Source of the DNA: a virus | Taxonomy: Duplodnaviria; Caudoviricetes | DNA: 39,586 nt | Direction: 5' to 3' (one strand) | Virus record (IMG/VR): IMGVR_UViG_3300011336_000276 | Location: 1-39,586 of that record | In this document: positions 35,901-39,586 of the stretch, piece after piece | Position numbering within the stretch: the stretch's first letter is position 1 | Layout of the letters: each line of letters begins with the position of its first letter | Program-made: the position numbers and the translations under genes | Notes under the pieces: model-generated | The model's input: the letters and a program-made list of their open reading frames with translations, nothing else | What the model was told of the DNA's origin: nothing | Databases searched by the model: none

Positions 35901-38900
35901 CCGACTCTCAAGAGCGTTCGTTCCGAAAGTTTTCTTCGTGGATGGCGAATGCTCTCGTCAAGAATGGATTTGTCGGCCCAGAGGCTCGTCAAGCGTTGTT
36001 TGAACTGCAACAGCGGCTCAAGGGAGTCCGCGAAGAGGAGATCAAGTTCGACCGTAAGTTCAGCGACAGCGTTTCTGAGTCGTTCAAAAAAGACTTGGCC
36101 GAGGCGGACACCAATGCCCAAGCGCGTCAAGCGCTTCAAGCAAGTCAGTCAGGATCTCCAGCGACACCATCACCGGCTATGCCAGCAGTGAGTCCATCGC
36201 TCCGCAGTCCAGCCTCTAAACCCGGATTTACTCCCGTGGGTGGAGATGGAGATGGAAATAAGAAACGAATCGATGACGCGATCTCCGCAGTCCAAGAGGC
36301 TCAGAATGCACCGCCAGAACAGCGCGACAGTATGCTCACTAGCGCCATTGGGATGCTCGTAGATATTGTCCCTCTTCTCGGCCAGACATCTGCGCAGTTG
36401 GCCCCCTCACTCGGCATTACTAGGCCGCAATTGGTATCTCCACGGATTCGCAATCTCCCAGAGGCTGTTCGTGACATTGCCCCTCCGGCTGCACAGCCAC
36501 AGGCAACTGGTGCAAGCGCTAGTCAGGTTCAAGCAGCGACTGCTGAACTCGAATCATCTGCTCGTCGGCAACGCAATGCGCAGGGGGCAATGGCCATCAT
36601 CCGTGGCGATTATCCCTCGGAGCCTGTGGACTTTGGAACAGTCGCTCGTGTGTCTCGAACGCAGTCATACATGCAGGATCCAGAGGAAGAGATCCGCATG
36701 TCCGTTCGTGAGCGTCAGGGAAGGCGCGAAGCAAACGACAATGTCCGCTCGATCCGCAATTCATTCATGGATAGCCGAGGCATCAAGCCTGATCAGCAGA
36801 TCGAGGACACCTACGCTGATGTAGATCCAGAATTTGCAAAGCGCCTTGCCAACTGGTTTGAATCCGCAAAGAGCAACTACGACGATCCTAAGACGGTCGC
36901 TGCTTACCGACAGTTTGGTAAGGAGACGAAGGACCAGTACCAGTATCTCGTTGATAACGGATACACGATCACTCCTTGGGCTGGCGAGGGGCAACCTTAC
37001 GCGGACAGCGCGGACATGCTTGATGATGTTCGGAATAACAAGCGCCTCTACTACTTCAAGACCATCAATCCTAAAGAAGCGGTATCGTTTGGTTCTGATC
37101 CAGCGGCTCTTCAAGAGGCGATCAGCAAGAACATTATGCTTGAGGATGCTGGTATTGAGGTTCCTGACAGCGATGGGAATCCGTACAAGCAGACCTACAA
37201 CGACCTCTTCCGAGCAGTTCACGACATCATTGGCCACTCGGCAGAGGGTTTCCAGTTTGGTCCACGCGGCGAAGAGAACGCATACCGATCTCATGCTGTG
37301 ATGTTTTCTCCAGTTGCTCGTCAGGCTATGGCAACAGAAACCCGAGCGCAGAACTCGTGGATTAACTTTGGTCCTAACCGATCCAACCCAGATGGATCTG
37401 TGTGGGGTAATGAAGATCCTCGATACGACCAGTGGATTGCGAAACTGAAAGAGGGCGAAGGGTACGCAGAACAGAAGATGGTTCTCGCGCCTACTGAGTT
37501 GACTGCAATCTCGGAAGAGCAGCCGCAGGCGCGTATGTCGCTCCGTCCCGCATCTGCGGTTGAAAGTGCAGACATTGAGGCATATCGATCTGGAATCATT
37601 GCTCCAAAGAATGCTGTTGATAAACACATTGCACAAGTCAATGATCGCATAGCGGAATTGGATTCTCCAAAATATCCCGTTGGGGCGTTTGTTGTCGTAA
37701 CTTCTCCAACCAACAAGGCAGTTTCTAACGCTTCCATTAACACAAAGAATGCACTCGGCTTTGGTATGACTGAACGGGGTACTGCCGCCATCGAAACGAT
37801 GGATACATATCAAGATCGATTTAGGATCGACAATCCAAAGGTCGGAGATGTAATCGCTGATGAATACAAGATTGTTGCGATTAAGCGCGAGAACACTAGC
37901 GCTGACGCTCAGTCTTCTGAGATGAGTCCGAGGTATTCGCAGCGCGACCAGAAGCCTGCTAAGGCTATGAGCGCAGAGAAGATTTCCGCTATGGCCGCAC
38001 GAGATGCGGAGAGGGAGTTGAAGCGCGTTGCGGCTGAACAACGGCGCAAGGAAGCCGATGTTCGGAAGACGGCATCAGATCGCCGCAAGGGCAAACTCGA
38101 TAAGCCTGCGATCTCGATGAGCGCCGAGGTGACTAGTACAGAGTTCCTCAATCCAAACATCATCCTTCCCAGCGCAAAGAACGACCCCAACTTCTCGAAG
38201 GCTACTGCTTATGCCCGAGTGAATGACCGAGTAGTTGGATTGCTCAAGGATCCAAACTACCGAACCAGTCTTAACGCCTTGCTTTCTGGTGTTACGAATG
38301 GCCGCGTAACGAGCATTGGTACTCCTCGAATCATCCTTGGTTCATACAAGGGTCGCGTCGAGCAATCGATGCGCATCAGCATTCCCGGCGCTACTCACGA
38401 GGATCACATCCTTGTCTCAAACGCCATCGCTTCGTTGATGCTGCAAGAAGCATCAATAACGATTGGAGAACCAGCAGCGTCAACGCCGAAAGCAGAGCAG
38501 TCTTATGCGGTAATGATGACTGCGGATCCAAACATCTCGGACGCTAATCTGCGGACCTTGTTGGCTGCGGCAGACAAGGAATTTGATGGCGCTTCGACAT
38601 TGGAAGGTCGAAAGGGCGTATGGGCGGTATACAATTCTTCTTCTGGAAGCGGCCTTACACAGGCAGCATTCACAAGCAAGGCTGTAGCCTTTGCGAAGGT
38701 CAACGGACTAGAACTTACCGCTGCGCCAGTTCGCAGCACTTACATAGTGACAGGAGCCAAAGATGTCTTGGGAAGAATTCGAAAAGCAGTTCCAGTCAAT
38801 GGGCGTAAAAATAGTCGGAACAAAGGAATTGACCAGCGCTGGAGTGCTTGGGTCGAGGCTGCTGCCCCAATCGTTGAAGCCCTCCGAGATGAGGGATTCG

Positions 38901-39586
38901 ACATCAACATCCCCGGCTGGGTCGGAAAGTTTGCAGGCCCAGATGCGGCAGCCGTCGAATCCGCCCTCATCTCCGCTCTCGCAGAACGAGCAGCAGGCGG
39001 ACGGCATGGACTCGACTGGCGCTTCATTACCCGAGCAAGCGTAAGCGGTCAGGGTCTTACGGATGGCTTTGCAATTCCAGCAAAGACCACCGAGGCCAAC
39101 GCTGATGCTTCGTTTGCGGAGGTAGATGCCTTGTTGGGCAGGCATCCCAACGCACTGAAAGATCGAGCATCGTTTGAGCGGTTTCTAATTGACCTGTTCA
39201 AGAGCAGGGACATCCCCATTGTTCCATCAGACCTCATTGATGGCGTGGCGGACAACTTCGCGCGTATGCGCAAGGACATGAACCTGCGGGAGAACGGTGG
39301 GCGACTCACTTCGCAGATGGTGGACGATGCTCTGCATGGCCTCGATATGGCTCAGAGGTTCCGCGCTCTGTATCAAGCAGGCAAGGTTACGCCGACGAAC
39401 ACTGCGTCTCTTGCGATGTGGGGATTCCTATCTCGCGGCGTGTCTCCATACATCCAAGAGAGCCTGTTCCTCGACATCGTGAATTACCGTTCTAAGGATG
39501 GTCGAGACCTTTCTTACTTCGTGAACAAGGCGATTGCCAACGAGTGGACTAAGCCTTCGAGGGATCAGAACGGCAAGACTGTTTCG
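32978..39586 (+). CDS. Giant polyvalent virion/ejection protein, N-terminal part (HExxH peptidase, HDxxGH domain, SAM-lyase-like); in-frame TAA at 34067-34069; runs off the window end into position 195
   Basis: Manual translation: after ..GGKAVI* the same frame stays open from 34070 to 39586. HEMRH at 35504-35518, NDLFRAVHDIIGH near 37199-37237, GSYKGRVEQS..LQEA at 38339-38452. About 3,880 codons in total with 1..5228. Confidence 0.85.
39393..39586. repeat. Terminal direct repeat, right copy
   Basis: Identical to 1-194 except one base. Confidence 0.97.

Noticed and set aside
35300-38041. Minus-strand ORFs of 279 and 426 aa in a region the track leaves apparently empty on the plus strand
   Set aside because: Shadows of the uninterrupted plus-strand giant ORF, which the track omits because it has no stop before the window end

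Overview
The window is an apparently complete, circularly permuted tailed-phage genome with podovirus-type (P22/T7-like) virion genes. Bases 1-194 repeat at 39393-39586 with one mismatch, so the unit length is about 39,392 bp. A leftward arm (15164 to 5368) carries early and replication genes: small hypotheticals, DUF932, an RHH regulator, a RecE/RecT-like pair, a Mom-like DNA modifier, a YdaU/DUF1376 initiator-like protein and RusA. It is driven by four near-identical promoters with a shared palindromic operator, and six genes share a leader motif (TCTCGAAAGGA). A rightward arm (15322 across the junction to 5228) carries TerS, TerL, a cluster of tiny basic proteins, portal, scaffold, capsid, adaptor, holin/spanin-like genes without a recognisable endolysin, a tail fibre, a nozzle and ejection proteins. 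The most striking element is a giant gene of about 3,880 codons (32978 to the end, continuing to 5228) that the ORF track fragments; it contains two in-frame stops. It looks like an injected polyvalent protein: HExxH metallopeptidase, an HDxxGH domain, SAM-lyase-like, HhH-GPD glycosylase-like, ADP-ribosyltransferase-like and LPD38-like modules. Several module boundaries carry a recurrent x-R-[MAY]-S-x-R linker, which suggests a self-processing anti-defence polyprotein. No integrase, CI-type repressor, DNA polymerase, tRNA or CRISPR array was seen. All family assignments come from motif recognition by eye, not database searches.
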